Below are positions 53,996-63,888 of a stretch of 64,000 bases of DNA, one piece after another; the stretch's first letter is position 1; the number at the start of each line of letters is the position of its first letter. The translations under genes and the position numbers were made by a program. Origin of the DNA: Flexivirga sp. (GTDB lineage: Bacteria; Actinomycetota; Actinomycetes; Actinomycetales; Dermatophilaceae); the NCBI RefSeq assembly GCF_051955415.1, contig NZ_JBQCGS010000071.1, positions 688 to 64,687 on the forward strand, in the 5' to 3' direction. The notes beneath the pieces are model-generated. The model made no database searches. It had not been told where the DNA came from and saw only the letters and a program-made list of their open reading frames with translations.

Positions 53996-55795
53996 GTGCA
54001 AGCCATCGGCGAGAACACCGTGCTGGCGCAGCGCTACACGCTGACCCGCAAGCTGGCGGGACGTGGTGACCAGGAGTTGTGGATCGCCACCGACGCCACG
54101 TTGGGCCGGGAAGTGACCGCCACCGTCTTCGCAGCGGACTCCGACCACGCCGAAGCGGCCCTGGACAGTGCCCGCCGCGCCGCGGGTGTGGAGGACCGTC
54201 ACCTGCCGCGCGTGCTCGACGTCGGCACGCAGGACGGGACGGCATACGTCATCACCGAGGCGCTGCACGGCGCCGACTCGATCGCCGCCATGCTGCAGTT
54301 CGACCCGTTGCCCCCCGAGGAGGTGCGCCGGATGGTCGGCGAGGCCGCCAGTGGTCTCGGCGCCGCCTCGGCGCGCGGTCTGCACCACCTGCAGCTGACA
54401 CCGCACGACATCGTCACCTCACCCGACGGTGCCGTGTCCGTGCTCGGCCTGCCCACCGACGCCGCCCTCGCCGGCGCGGACGAACTCTCCTCGGAGGAAG
54501 CCTCCCGCGCCGACACCGTGGCGCTCGTGCAGATCGTGTATGCCGGGCTGACCCGCCGCTGGCCGGGTGAGGAGTCGGTGCCCGGTCTGCAGGACGTCAC
54601 CCGCCGCGCGGACGGCGAGCTCCCGGCTCCCAGCGAGCTGGTGTCCGGAGTGCCCGGCGACCTGGACACGCTGTGCCGGACCACGCTGGGCGCCGACGAG
54701 GGCCCCCGCACTCCGGGCGAGCTCGCCCGGCAGCTGGCACCCTGGTCCTCCGAGCGGGTGACCACCTCGACCCGCCGGACGACCGGCTCGGGTCGCCGGC
54801 CCGGTGCGACCCTGGCCGCCGTGCCCGGTGGCGGCCGCGGGGCGCTCGCCGGGACCGGCTCGGCCGACGACGATCGAGCTCTCGAGGAGCGGGCCCACGA
54901 CGAGGCACCGGCCACCGAGGCCGTCCCGACCCGGACCGCGCTGCCGCGGGCCGGCGTGGCCACGGCCGCCGGCAATGGCAGCACCGACACCGGCGACGAG
55001 ACGGCGCAGATCTCCGGCGCCGATCTGGCGCGGGCCCGCGCACGCGCCGCAGCGCCGCGGGACGATCTGGACGACGATTTCGGTGGCGACCCCAGGGGCG
55101 ACTACGACCCGTCGTTCACCGATCTCGAACCACCGGTTCCCGGCCTGGACGGTCACTTCGAGGCCGACAACCAGAGCAGCCGGCTGGCGCTGGTGATCGT
55201 CGGCCTGCTGGTCGTCGTCGCCGTGGTCTTCGCTGCGATCGGGCTGCGCGGCATCGGCGGCTCGTCCAAGCCCTCGACCAGCAGTACCTCCGCGGGCGCC
55301 GCCACGTCGTCGGGGAGTGCCTCGGCACCGGCGTCCAGGACCACGAGCGCAAAGCCCACACCGACCGCCACACCGGTGACCATCCAGCGCGTGACGTCAT
55401 ACGGCATCAACGGCGGCGACAACTCCCGACTGGCCGCCAAGGCCGCCGACGAGGACCCCGGTTCCTACTGGCAGAGCTACGACTACAGCACCGCCGACGG
55501 CCGCGGCGGCGGCCAGGGCACCGGGCTCCTGCTCGACCTGGGGAGCGTGCAGACCGTCGGCAGCGTGAAGATCACCACCACCGGTGGTCCGTCGACGATC
55601 AAATTCTTCGTCAGCGACCACATCGAGCCGGTGAGCTCGCGTGACCCGGAGACCACGTTGACCGGCCAGGGCACCCAGACCGCGCAGCTGAACGGCGTCC
55701 AGGCGAGATACATCACCCTCTGGGTCACCAAGCTCAGCAAGCAGGACAACGGCCGGTTCCAGGAGCGCATCAACGACGTCAAGGTCTACCCGTGA
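53996..55795 (+). CDS. Pseudokinase with TM and extracellular discoidin/carbohydrate-binding-like domain
   Basis: ORF 53903..55795. GTG 53996 preceded by AGGGAG. Kinase-like fold lacking HRD/DFG (GLHHLQLTPHDIV, VLGLP). TM LALVIVGLLVVVAVVFAAIGL. C-terminal PGSYWQS...ARYITLWVTKL. Confidence 0.75.
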   Translation: MQAIGENTVLAQRYTLTRKLAGRGDQELWIATDATLGREVTATVFAADSDHAEAALDSARRAAGVEDRHLPRVLDVGTQDGTAYVITEALHGADSIAAMLQFDPLPPEEVRRMVGEAASGLGAASARGLHHLQLTPHDIVTSPDGAVSVLGLPTDAALAGADELSSEEASRADTVALVQIVYAGLTRRWPGEESVPGLQDVTRRADGELPAPSELVSGVPGDLDTLCRTTLGADEGPRTPGELARQLAPWSSERVTTSTRRTTGSGRRPGATLAAVPGGGRGALAGTGSADDDRALEERAHDEAPATEAVPTRTALPRAGVATAAGNGSTDTGDETAQISGADLARARARAAAPRDDLDDDFGGDPRGDYDPSFTDLEPPVPGLDGHFEADNQSSRLALVIVGLLVVVAVVFAAIGLRGIGGSSKPSTSSTSAGAATSSGSASAPASRTTSAKPTPTATPVTIQRVTSYGINGGDNSRLAAKAADEDPGSYWQSYDYSTADGRGGGQGTGLLLDLGSVQTVGSVKITTTGGPSTIKFFVSDHIEPVSSRDPETTLTGQGTQTAQLNGVQARYITLWVTKLSKQDNGRFQERINDVKVYP

Positions 55796-56349
55796 CCGAG
55801 CTGGCCGGGACCAACGACCGGGACCTGCTGGCGGCACACTGTGCGGGCGATCCCGACGCGTTCGGCGAACTCTTCCGGCGGCACAAGGACCGCATGTGGG
55901 CGGTCGCGCTGCGCACCACCCGCGACCCGGAGATCGCCGCCGACGCCGTCCAGGACGGCTTCATCTCGGCGTTCCGCCGCGCAGACTCCTTCCGCGGCGA
56001 CGCTCAGGTGACGACCTGGCTGCACCGCATCATCGTCAACGCCTGCCTGGACCGGCTGCGCCGGATCAAACCGACCTCGGAGCTACCGGAGTACGACCTG
56101 GCCGACCGGCACGACGTGCACGGCAGCACGGTCGTGCGGTTGGACGTGCAGGAGGCGCTGGGCAAGATCCCCGAGGGACAGCGGCTGGCGCTGACGCTGG
56201 TGGACATGCAGGGTCTGCCGGTGGCCGAGGCCGCGCAGGTGCTCGGCGTCGCCGAGGGCACCATCAAGTCCCGGTGCGCACGCGGCCGTTCGGCACTGGC
56301 CGAGCTGCTGCGCGACAAGCACGGGGACGGTTACGCCGGCGGCACCTGA
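55792..56349 (+). CDS. sigM: ECF sigma factor (SigM-like)
   Basis: Region 2 (RMWAVALRTTRDPEIAADAVQDGFISAFR, WLHRIIVNACLD) and region 4 (LTLVDMQGLPVAEAAQVLGVAEGTIKSRCARGR). GTGA overlap with the upstream stop. Confidence 0.85.
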   Translation: MTELAGTNDRDLLAAHCAGDPDAFGELFRRHKDRMWAVALRTTRDPEIAADAVQDGFISAFRRADSFRGDAQVTTWLHRIIVNACLDRLRRIKPTSELPEYDLADRHDVHGSTVVRLDVQEALGKIPEGQRLALTLVDMQGLPVAEAAQVLGVAEGTIKSRCARGRSALAELLRDKHGDGYAGGT

Positions 56350-56490
56350 TGAGGGAGGGAACCGCAGGGTCCGCTCGCACGTCGGACCCTGGACTGATGG
56401 TGGTCTCCTCACCACCGGACTGCCCCGGGGCAGCACGGAACCATGCCCTGGCATTCGTCGTCCCAGCTACTGAACCGATTGGAGGAAGCC

Positions 56491-57198
56491 GTGAGGACAC
56501 CTCCCGATGACGACTTCGAGAACGATCCGACAGGTATGCGCGACCTGTTGCGTTCGCTGCCCGCTCCCGGGCCGATGCCGCAGGATGTCCAGGACCGGAT
56601 CACCGCTGCCCTGGCGCAGGAACGCACCGGCGGCCAGCAGGAGCACCACAACGTCACCCCGCTGACCCGCACCGGGCGCTCCGGCGACCGGTCGGGCCGG
56701 CGACGCTGGATGCCGGCCGTCGGTGGTCTGGTGGCCGCGGCCGCTGTGGCAGCCGTGGCGGTGGTCGGTGTCAACGCGCTGCGGCACGACAACGCGCCGG
56801 TGACGGCCCTCCCGTCCGGGAGCGCCCAGCACACCATCAGCACCGCCCAGCTCGCCGATCGCGTGCAGGTGGAGAGCACCGGCACCCATTACACCGGGGC
56901 GTCCTTCGACACCCAGGCGGCGAGTATGGCGAACGGCACGGCCGGCCAATCTCCGGACGCCTCGCTGCTGGCGCAGTTCGGTGCGCTCGCCAAACCGCAG
57001 GCCATCGTGCAGTGCGTACGCACCATCGGTGGCTCGCTGCTGGACGATCCGTCGAGCATCAAGGTCGATCTGGCCACGTATGACGGCAAGCCCGCCTTGA
57101 TCATCGTGGTCACCAACCACGGCGCGAAGACCGCGTTCGCGGTTTCGTCCAGCTGCAGCAAGGACTCCCGGCCCTACGCAGCGCCGCGCGCACTCTGA
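56491..57198 (+). CDS. Anti-sigma factor (anti-SigM-like, single TM)
   Basis: ORF 56443..57198. GTG 56491 preceded by [31 protein letters not shown]. The C-terminal ...[22 protein letters not shown] resembles the mycobacterial anti-SigM C-terminus (from memory). Confidence 0.6.
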   Translation: MRTPPDDDFENDPTGMRDLLRSLPAPGPMPQDVQDRITAALAQERTGGQQEHHNVTPLTRTGRSGDRSGRRRWMPAVGGLVAAAAVAAVAVVGVNALRHDNAPVTALPSGSAQHTISTAQLADRVQVESTGTHYTGASFDTQAASMANGTAGQSPDASLLAQFGALAKPQAIVQCVRTIGGSLLDDPSSIKVDLATYDGKPALIIVVTNHGAKTAFAVSSSCSKDSRPYAAPRAL

Positions 57199-57303
57199 GC
57201 CCCTCGAACGACGTCGCTGCACGTTCCCCTGCACTCCGGACGGTCACACCGCCCGGCGTCCGTCTGCGGTGAGAACACCACGCCGGGAGCACATGTACGG
57301 CAC

Positions 57304-57329
57304 GGAACATTCCCGACATACCATCTGTT
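57304..57329 (+). promoter_or_regulatory. SigR/SigH-type promoter GGAAC-N18-GTT upstream of trxB
   Basis: GGAAC (57304-57308), an 18-nt spacer, then GTT (57327-57329), about 85 nt upstream of the trxB GTG. Confidence 0.5.
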
Positions 57330-57415
57330 GTGCTCTACGAGCCCGCCGAGCGGGCGGACCACCGCCGACCCGGTCGGGCGCAGCCCCGACCAACTGCCGA
57401 AAGTTAGGACACTCC

Positions 57416-58393
57416 GTGAGCGAGCCTCGCAACCTGATCATCATCGGTTCCGGGCCGGCCGGTTACACCGCCGCCGTGTATGCCGCCCGCGCCAACCTGC
57501 ACCCGCTGGTGTTCGAGGGGTCGGTCACCGCCGGCGGTGCGCTGATGAACACCACCGAGGTCGAGAACTACCCGGGTTTCGCCGGGGGCATCATGGGACC
57601 CGAGCTGATGATGCAGATGCGCGAACAGGCTGAACGCTTCGGCGCCGACCTCGTCCGCGACGACGTCACATCGGTCGACCTGACCGGAGACATCAAGCGG
57701 ATCACCGACGGCGAGGGCAACGTGCACGAGGCGCACGCGGTCATCCTCGCCATGGGTTCGGCCTACCGCGAGCTCGGACTGGAGGACGAGAAGCGGCTGT
57801 CCGGTCACGGCGTCTCGTGGTGCGCCACCTGTGACGGCGCCTTCTTCCGCGATCAGGACATCATGGTCGTCGGTGGCGGCGACTCGGCCATCGAGGAAGC
57901 CACCTTCCTGACCCGCTTCGCCCAGAAGGTCACCGTGGTGCACCGCCGCGACGAGCTGCGCGCATCCAAGATCATGGCCGACCGCGCCCTGTCGCACGAC
58001 AAGATCGACTTCGCCTGGAACAGCCAGGTCACCGGCATCCACGGCGACCCGAAGGTCAGCTCGGTGACTCTCACCGACACTCGCACCGGCGAGACCCGCG
58101 AGGTCGACACCTCCGCAGTGTTCGTCGCCATCGGGCACCTGCCGCGCAATGAGCTTGTCGTGGGTCAGGTGGACACTGACGACGAGGGTTACGTGCTGGT
58201 CGCTCAGGGCACCACGGCGACCAACCTGCCGGGCGTCTTCGCCTGCGGCGACCTGGTCGACCACACCTACCGTCAGGCGATCACCGCTGCCGGCACCGGC
58301 TGCTCGGCGGCGCTCGACGCCGAGCGTTTCCTGGCCGCGCGGGACGAGGCGGGCGCACCCTCTGCGGACGCCGCCCAGACCGTCAACGCCTGA
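57416..58393 (+). CDS. trxB: Thioredoxin-disulfide reductase
   Basis: ORF 57269..58393. GTG 57416. [18 protein letters not shown], redox-active [18 protein letters not shown]. Confidence 0.95.
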   Translation: MSEPRNLIIIGSGPAGYTAAVYAARANLHPLVFEGSVTAGGALMNTTEVENYPGFAGGIMGPELMMQMREQAERFGADLVRDDVTSVDLTGDIKRITDGEGNVHEAHAVILAMGSAYRELGLEDEKRLSGHGVSWCATCDGAFFRDQDIMVVGGGDSAIEEATFLTRFAQKVTVVHRRDELRASKIMADRALSHDKIDFAWNSQVTGIHGDPKVSSVTLTDTRTGETREVDTSAVFVAIGHLPRNELVVGQVDTDDEGYVLVAQGTTATNLPGVFACGDLVDHTYRQAITAAGTGCSAALDAERFLAARDEAGAPSADAAQTVNA

Positions 58394-58452
58394 AACCTCT
58401 TATTTCCCAAGGCCTTTCGGCATACATCATCACAATGAAAGGAACATCCGAC

Positions 58453-58782
58453 ATGGGTGCGAACACCAAGGACACCTCCGACGCCACCTTCGAGGCCGAC
58501 GTTCTCAAGAGCGACAAGCCGGTGCTCGTCGACTTCTGGGCGCCCTGGTGCGGACCGTGCAAGATGATCGCTCCGATCATCGACGAGATTGCCGAGGCGA
58601 ACGCCGACAAGCTGACCGTCGTCAAGCTCAACACCGACGACAACCCGGCCACCTCCGCCAAGTACGGCATCACCGGCATCCCGACGCTGAACGTCTACCA
58701 GAACGGTGAGGTCGTCAAGAGCATCGTCGGCGTCATGCCGAAGCCGAAGCTGGTCAAGGAGCTCGAGCCCTTCATCGGCTGA
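58453..58782 (+). CDS. trxA: Thioredoxin
   Basis: WCGPC active site. The second ATG (58453) has AAAGGAA 9 nt upstream. The ORF track start is 58435. Confidence 0.95.
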   Translation: MGANTKDTSDATFEADVLKSDKPVLVDFWAPWCGPCKMIAPIIDEIAEANADKLTVVKLNTDDNPATSAKYGITGIPTLNVYQNGEVVKSIVGVMPKPKLVKELEPFIG

Positions 58783-58799
58783 GTCCCTCTCGCTCCACC

Positions 58800-58840
58800 A
58801 GCGGTGTCCCCGAATTGTGTTGGGGGACACCGCTTTTCGC
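58800..58840 (+). terminator. Rho-independent terminator of trxBA
   Basis: AGCGGTGTCCCC-gaattgtgtt-GGGGACACCGCT followed by TTTTCGCTT. Confidence 0.85.
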
Positions 58841-58973
58841 TTGTCCTGCAGCAACGGTCCGCCGGATGTGATGTGAGTGGGTTGCGAGGTGGCCAACTCG
58901 CCACCCCTCGGTGCTCACCTCGTCCTGTTGGCCATCACGCGTGGTCTCGAGCTGCTGCTTCGTCGCTCCTCGA

Positions 58974-60116
58974 TCAGCGTTCGCTGTGGACGCCGAGCTG
59001 GTCCATGATGCGGTTCAGATCCTCGACGCTGGCGAACTCGACGGTGAGCTTGCCGCGGCTCTTGCCGAGGGAGATCTTGACCCGGGTGTCGAGCTGATCC
59101 GACAGGCTTGCCGCCAGATTGTCCAGCTGCGGGTGGTGCTGGCCGGCGCGCGGCGACCGCCGGGTGGCACGCTCCTTGTCACCGCCGAGCGCGACGATCT
59201 CCTCCGTGCTGCGGACAGACAGGCCCTCGGCAACAATGCGCTGGGCGAGGCGCTCCATCGCGGCCGCGTCCGGCAACCCGAGCAGGGCGCGGGCGTGCCC
59301 GGCGGACAGCACACCGGCGGCAACGCGTCGCTGCACCAGCGCGGGCAACTTCAGCAGGCGCAGGGTGTTGCTGATCTGCGGGCGGGAGCGGCCGATCCGG
59401 CCGGCGAGTTCCTCGTGCGTGCAGTCGAAGTCGTCCAGCAGTTGGCCGTATGCCGCGGCTTCCTCCAGCGGGTTCAGTTGGGCACGATGCAGGTTCTCCA
59501 GCAACGCGTCGCGCAGCATGTCGTCGTCGTCGGTGCTGCGGATGATGGCGGGGATCGTCGCCTTCTCCGCACCCCGGCTGGCGCGCAGCCGGCGCTCGCC
59601 CATGATGAGCTCGTACCCGACGCCCGCCTCGGCGGCATCAGCGGCGGTCAGCTTCCGCACCACGATCGGCTGGAGCACGCCGATCTCACGCACACTGTGC
59701 ACCAGCTCGGCCAGTTCGTCCTCGTCGAAGACGGTCCGCGGTTGGCGCGGGTTGGGCCGGATCTGGTCTACCGGCAGCTCGGCGAAGGTCGCGCCGGGCA
59801 CTTCCTGCAACTGGTCGTCAGAGGCGTTGGTCGCCGTCGACGGATCCTCCCCCTCGTTCGTGCCGGCGTCGAGCATCGCCGAGCCTTCGGGCGCCGCACC
59901 GGTGATCGAGTCCGCCGCTGCGCTTTCCGCAACTGCGGACCGCGCCATGTTTCCCGTGAAACGCTCACTGGAATCCTGGTGCTGGGCGGTGGTAGCCACC
60001 GAACCACCGCCGGGGAAGAAGACGTCGGACGGTCGGGGCGTGCCGGTGGTCGGTGCGGGTGCCGTCGGTATCAGTGCGCCCAGCCCACGTCCGAGGCCGC
60101 GTCGTTTTTCGCTCAC
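58974..60116 (-). CDS. parB: Chromosome partitioning protein ParB
   Basis: [49 protein letters not shown] overlap with the parA stop. Confidence 0.95.
   Translation of the reverse strand: MSEKRRGLGRGLGALIPTAPAPTTGTPRPSDVFFPGGGSVATTAQHQDSSERFTGNMARSAVAESAAADSITGAAPEGSAMLDAGTNEGEDPSTATNASDDQLQEVPGATFAELPVDQIRPNPRQPRTVFDEDELAELVHSVREIGVLQPIVVRKLTAADAAEAGVGYELIMGERRLRASRGAEKATIPAIIRSTDDDDMLRDALLENLHRAQLNPLEEAAAYGQLLDDFDCTHEELAGRIGRSRPQISNTLRLLKLPALVQRRVAAGVLSAGHARALLGLPDAAAMERLAQRIVAEGLSVRSTEEIVALGGDKERATRRSPRAGQHHPQLDNLAASLSDQLDTRVKISLGKSRGKLTVEFASVEDLNRIMDQLGVHSER
59948..59963. promoter_or_regulatory. parS-like site inside parB
   Basis: TGTTTCCCGTGAAACG versus consensus TGTTTCACGTGAAACA (2 mismatches). 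Confidence 0.65.
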
Positions 60117-61273
60117 TGGTCGATCGTAGTGCCTTGTGCGGCGAGCTCCTTGGCAGCCTCCGCGTACGAAAGCGCGCCGCTGCTCGACGGATCGTACGTG
60201 AGCACGGTCTGCCCGTGGCTCGGCGCTTCCGAGATGCGCACCGAGCGCGGGATCGAGGCCCTCAGGACCTGATCGGTGAAGTGGGCACGCACTTCCTCGG
60301 CCACCTGTGCGGACAGTCGCGTGCGGGCGTCATACATGGTCAGCAGGATGGTGGAGACGTGCAGCCGAGGGTTGAGGTGCGCGCGGATCAGTTCGATGTT
60401 CTTCAGCAACTGGCTCAACCCCTCCAGCGCGTAGTACTCGCACTGGATGGGGATGAACACTTCCTCGGCCGCAACGAAGGCGTTCACGGTCAGCAGGCCG
60501 AGGCTGGGCGGGCAGTCGATCAGGATGAAGTCGAAGCGTCCCGCCGGGCCGGGGTCCGCCTGATACTGATCGATGGCCCGCTTCAGCCGTGATTCACGTG
60601 CCACTAGTGACACCAGCTCGAGCTCGGCGCCGGCCAGATCGATCGTCGCCGGCGCGCACCACAGGCCGGGTATGTCCGGGCACTCCTGCAGCACGCCGGC
60701 GAGTTCGTCGTCGTCGACCACGACGTCGTAAATGCTCGGGACCTCGGCGTGATGCGGTATGCCGAGCGCCGTGCTCGCGTTGCCCTGCGGGTCGATGTCG
60801 ATGACCAGCACGCGCAGACCGAACTGGGCCAGTGCGGCCGCCACATTGACCGTCGTCGTGGTCTTGCCCACCCCGCCCTTCTGGTTCGAGATGGTGAGGA
60901 TCCGCGGTTGCGCGGGCGCGTGGACAGCGCCCTGCGCCAGCCGCTCGCGCCGCCGCGCCTCGTCCACCAGTTGATCGGCGAGCGGGGATGCGGTGGGCGT
61001 CTCCGTGACAGGAGGCACGGTCGCTATGTCCTCGGCCGCGCCCGCGACGGTGGTTTCACGGGAAACGCTCGACGGCACCGTTTCACGGGAAACATCACCA
61101 GAAGCCGGGACGACGTGTCGCGCTGCTTCGGTCGCCCCCGCGGGCACGGGGTACAGAGCGCCGACTTCGACCGTCGGCGCGAGCCGGGCGGCGTTACGCC
61201 AGCCGACCGGCTCGGGACTCGTCGATACGTCTGCAGGTCCCTGCCAGCCCGTGGGCAGCGAGAGTGTGCTCAC
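60113..61273 (-). CDS. parA: Chromosome partitioning ATPase ParA (long N-terminal extension)
   Basis: Deviant Walker [17 protein letters not shown] start at 61273. A shorter isoform start is possible. Confidence 0.9.
   Translation of the reverse strand: MSTLSLPTGWQGPADVSTSPEPVGWRNAARLAPTVEVGALYPVPAGATEAARHVVPASGDVSRETVPSSVSRETTVAGAAEDIATVPPVTETPTASPLADQLVDEARRRERLAQGAVHAPAQPRILTISNQKGGVGKTTTTVNVAAALAQFGLRVLVIDIDPQGNASTALGIPHHAEVPSIYDVVVDDDELAGVLQECPDIPGLWCAPATIDLAGAELELVSLVARESRLKRAIDQYQADPGPAGRFDFILIDCPPSLGLLTVNAFVAAEEVFIPIQCEYYALEGLSQLLKNIELIRAHLNPRLHVSTILLTMYDARTRLSAQVAEEVRAHFTDQVLRASIPRSVRISEAPSHGQTVLTYDPSSSGALSYAEAAKELAAQGTTIDQ
61052..61094. promoter_or_regulatory. Two parS-like sites, 27 nt apart, inside the parA 5' region
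   Basis: GGTTTCACGGGAAACG (61052-61067) and CGTTTCACGGGAAACA (61079-61094). They encode the duplicated peptide VSRET. Confidence 0.65.
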
Positions 61274-61351
61274 CGTTCGCCTTCCGTTCGTCGTCCTGCA
61301 GCGAAGCGATATCGCTCACCGCCGTGTTGAGTAGTGGCGCAGCATCCGCGG

Positions 61352-62119
61352 TCAGCGCGTGCGGCGAGCGCCGGAACGCGCCACGTGCTTCGAGGACCGT
61401 GTGCCGCCGCCCTTCTTCGCGCCGCTCTTGCTCAGCCGGCGCGGTGTGCCGATCGTCAAACGCGCGACCGTGGTGGGCTCGTCCAGCACATCACCACCGC
61501 ATTCCACCACCTCGACCGCAGTGACGCCGACTGACGTCAGCAGTTCACGACTCGCGTCGATCTCCTCGGCCACGGTGGAGCCCTTCATCGGCAACCACCA
61601 GCCGCCAGGACGAACCAGCGGGACGGACCAGACGGCAAGGTTCTCCAGTGCCGACACGGCGCGTGAGGTCACCACGTCGGCCGGGCCGACGTCGTCCCAG
61701 AGCGCCTCGGCGCGTCCTCGGGCCACCGTCACGTTGGACAGCGAGAGCGTCTGCACCACCTCGTCCAGCCAGCGCACCCGGCGCAGCAACGGCTCGACCA
61801 ATGTCACGGTCAGATCAGGGCGGCGGATCGCGATCACCAGGCCCGGCAGCCCGGCGCCGCTGCCGACGTCCACCACCGTGCTGCCGGTGTCGATCAGCTC
61901 GGTGATCACCGCGCAGTTGAGGATGTGCCGTTCCCATAATCGCGGCGCCTCGCGTGGCCCCAGCAGTCCGCGGATGACGCCGGAGCCCGCCAACAACTCC
62001 GCATACTGCTGCGCGATGGGCAGCCGGTCGCCGAAGAGACGCGCCGCGGCAGCGGGCGCCGCAGGGACCGGGGCAGTCTCCAGCGGCCGAGAGCCGTGCG
62101 CGGAGTGTTCGTGTTTCAC
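61352..62119 (-). CDS. rsmG: 16S rRNA (guanine527-N7)-methyltransferase RsmG (GidB)
   Basis: VVDVGSGAGLPGLVIAI, LVEPLLRRVRWL, TSRAV. Basic C-terminal tail. Confidence 0.9.
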   Translation of the reverse strand: MKHEHSAHGSRPLETAPVPAAPAAAARLFGDRLPIAQQYAELLAGSGVIRGLLGPREAPRLWERHILNCAVITELIDTGSTVVDVGSGAGLPGLVIAIRRPDLTVTLVEPLLRRVRWLDEVVQTLSLSNVTVARGRAEALWDDVGPADVVTSRAVSALENLAVWSVPLVRPGGWWLPMKGSTVAEEIDASRELLTSVGVTAVEVVECGGDVLDEPTTVARLTIGTPRRLSKSGAKKGGGTRSSKHVARSGARRTR

Positions 62120-62127
62120 GTGGAACG
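62112..62127. promoter_or_regulatory. parS-like site overlapping the rsmG start codon
   Basis: TGTTTCACGTGGAACG (2 mismatches to TGTTTCACGTGAAACA). Confidence 0.65.
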
Positions 62128-62130
62128 CGG

Positions 62131-62691
62131 TCAGTCGTCCGAGGGCAGAACCACCACGAAGCGACGTGGTTCGGCGCCCTCCGACTCGGAGCGCAGGCCC
62201 TCGGCGAGCACCGCGTCGTGCACGACCTTGCGCTCGAACGCCGACATCGGGTCCAGCGCCACGCGCTGACCGTCGCCCTTGACCGAGGTGACCGCGTCTT
62301 GGGCGATCTTGACCAACTCCGCGCGCCGATCCGCGCGGAAGCCGGCGACGTCCAACATCAGTCGGCTGCGGTTGCCGGTCTCGGCCTGCACCGCCAGGCG
62401 AGTGAGTTCCTGCAGCGCGTCGAGCACCTTGCCGTTCTGGCCGACCAGGCGACGAGGCACCCGCCCGTCTTCGGAGTCCACGATGGACACCGAGGCCCGG
62501 TCACCATCCACGTCGACGTCGATGTCGCCGTCCAGGTCGGCGATATCGAGCAGTGTCTCCAAGAAGTCCGCGGCGACCTCACCCTCGCGGTCCAGGTCCA
62601 CGGCCTTGGTCGAGACGGCCGGAGCTGCAGCGCTCGATTCGGTCGCTGCATCGTCGGCCGCGGGGGCATCGTCGGTGGTCACGTCAGTCAT
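62131..62691 (-). CDS. jag: Jag/KhpB-type RNA-binding protein (KH + R3H)
   Basis: LVGQNGKVLDALQELTRLAV (KH-like) and DPMSAFERKVVHDAV (R3H). Positioned between yidC and rsmG. Confidence 0.85.
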   Translation of the reverse strand: MTDVTTDDAPAADDAATESSAAAPAVSTKAVDLDREGEVAADFLETLLDIADLDGDIDVDVDGDRASVSIVDSEDGRVPRRLVGQNGKVLDALQELTRLAVQAETGNRSRLMLDVAGFRADRRAELVKIAQDAVTSVKGDGQRVALDPMSAFERKVVHDAVLAEGLRSESEGAEPRRFVVVLPSDD

Positions 62692-62823
62692 TCTTCACTC
62701 CCGGGTGCATTGAACGTGCGTCGAACGTGTAGGGAACACGAAGTCTGTGGCGCCGGCCCTGACGCAAGTGCGGTGACCGGGCTTCGCCCACCGCCTCGTC
62801 GCCGGCGCCGTTGACAAGTGGGG

Positions 62824-63819
62824 CTAGCGTTTGCGCTTCTTGTTGTTGTTGCGCTTGGGTTGCACGCGCTGGCCGCCCGCCTTTCCGGCGGTGCCGCCGT
62901 CGGCGGTGACCAGGCCCGGCGTGCCGGGTGGTGTCTTGGACTTGGCCAGCTCGACGGACGCATCCGCAGGCTCCTCGTCCTCGGTCTTGTGCAGGCCGGG
63001 GATGCTCAGCTTGGTGATCGGCTTGCCCTTGGCGGCCCGACGCGCCTCGAGCGCCTTCTCCGCCTCGGATCCGGGCGCCGGCATCCGGCGGATCGTGTAG
63101 AACTGCTGGCCCATGGTCCACAGGTTGGTGGTCACCCAGTAGAGCAGCACACCGATCGGGAAGTTCACGCCGGAGATCGCGAAGAACACCGGCATGATGT
63201 ACATGATGTATTTCTGCTGCTTGGCCATCGGGTTGTCGAGGGCCGACGCGGGCATGTTCTTGCGCATCAGCTGGTGCTGAGTGGTGAAGACCGTGACCGA
63301 CATGATGATGATCAGCGCGATGCACAGCGTGCGCACCGCCGCGACGGGCGACTCGCCCGGGTGCAGGAACGCCGAGGACAACCGGACGTTGAACAGCGTC
63401 GACTGCTCGGCCTGACGCGCCAGGCTCTGCGTCATCCAGCCGATCGGGTCGTGGTGGCCGGAGCCGATGTCCTTGAGTCGGTCCAGGACGCGGAACAGCG
63501 CGAAGAAGAACGGCGACTGCAGCAGCATCGGCATACAGGAGGAGAACGGGTTAGTGCCCGCCTTCTTGTAGAGCTCCATCGTCTCCTCAGTCATCTTCTG
63601 ACGAGACTCGGCGTCCTTCTTGCCCTTGTACTTCTTCTGGATCTTCTGGATCTCGGGCTGGATGAGCTGCATCCGCCGCGACGACTTGATCTGCTTGACG
63701 AACAGCGGGATCAGCATGATGCGCAGCACGAGCACGAGGCCCACGATCGACAGCGCCCACGTCCAGCCATTGGCGGCCGGCAGACCGATGGCGGTGAAGA
63801 TCTTGTGGAAACCCACCAT
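62824..63819 (-). CDS. yidC: Membrane protein insertase YidC
   Basis: LIPLFVKQIKSSRRMQLIQPEIQKIQKKYKGK, GTNPFSSCMPMLLQSPFFFALF. The conserved N-terminus continues upstream of this ATG (see finding on a possible ATC start at 63876). Confidence 0.9.
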   Translation of the reverse strand: MVGFHKIFTAIGLPAANGWTWALSIVGLVLVLRIMLIPLFVKQIKSSRRMQLIQPEIQKIQKKYKGKKDAESRQKMTEETMELYKKAGTNPFSSCMPMLLQSPFFFALFRVLDRLKDIGSGHHDPIGWMTQSLARQAEQSTLFNVRLSSAFLHPGESPVAAVRTLCIALIIIMSVTVFTTQHQLMRKNMPASALDNPMAKQQKYIMYIMPVFFAISGVNFPIGVLLYWVTTNLWTMGQQFYTIRRMPAPGSEAEKALEARRAAKGKPITKLSIPGLHKTEDEEPADASVELAKSKTPPGTPGLVTADGGTAGKAGGQRVQPKRNNNKKRKR

Positions 63820-63888
63820 GACGAAGGCGACGAACCATTCGAGCGGGTACAGGATCGTGTCGAAGAAGTTGTAGATGGCGGGGTCCTT

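Noticed and set aside
56349-56510. 53-codon ORF starting at an ATG that overlaps the sigM stop (TGATG), considered as a frameshifted N-terminus of the anti-sigma factor
   Set aside because: No zinc-binding (HxxxCxxC) or other anti-sigma motif. The downstream frame has a strong GGAGGAAG-GTG start at 56491 that gives a complete protein without invoking a frameshift.
58783-58973. Expected cwlM-type amidase gene between trxA and parB (present in mycobacteria)
   Set aside because: Only a 190-nt spacer with a terminator is present, with no ORF. The gene is simply absent at this position.
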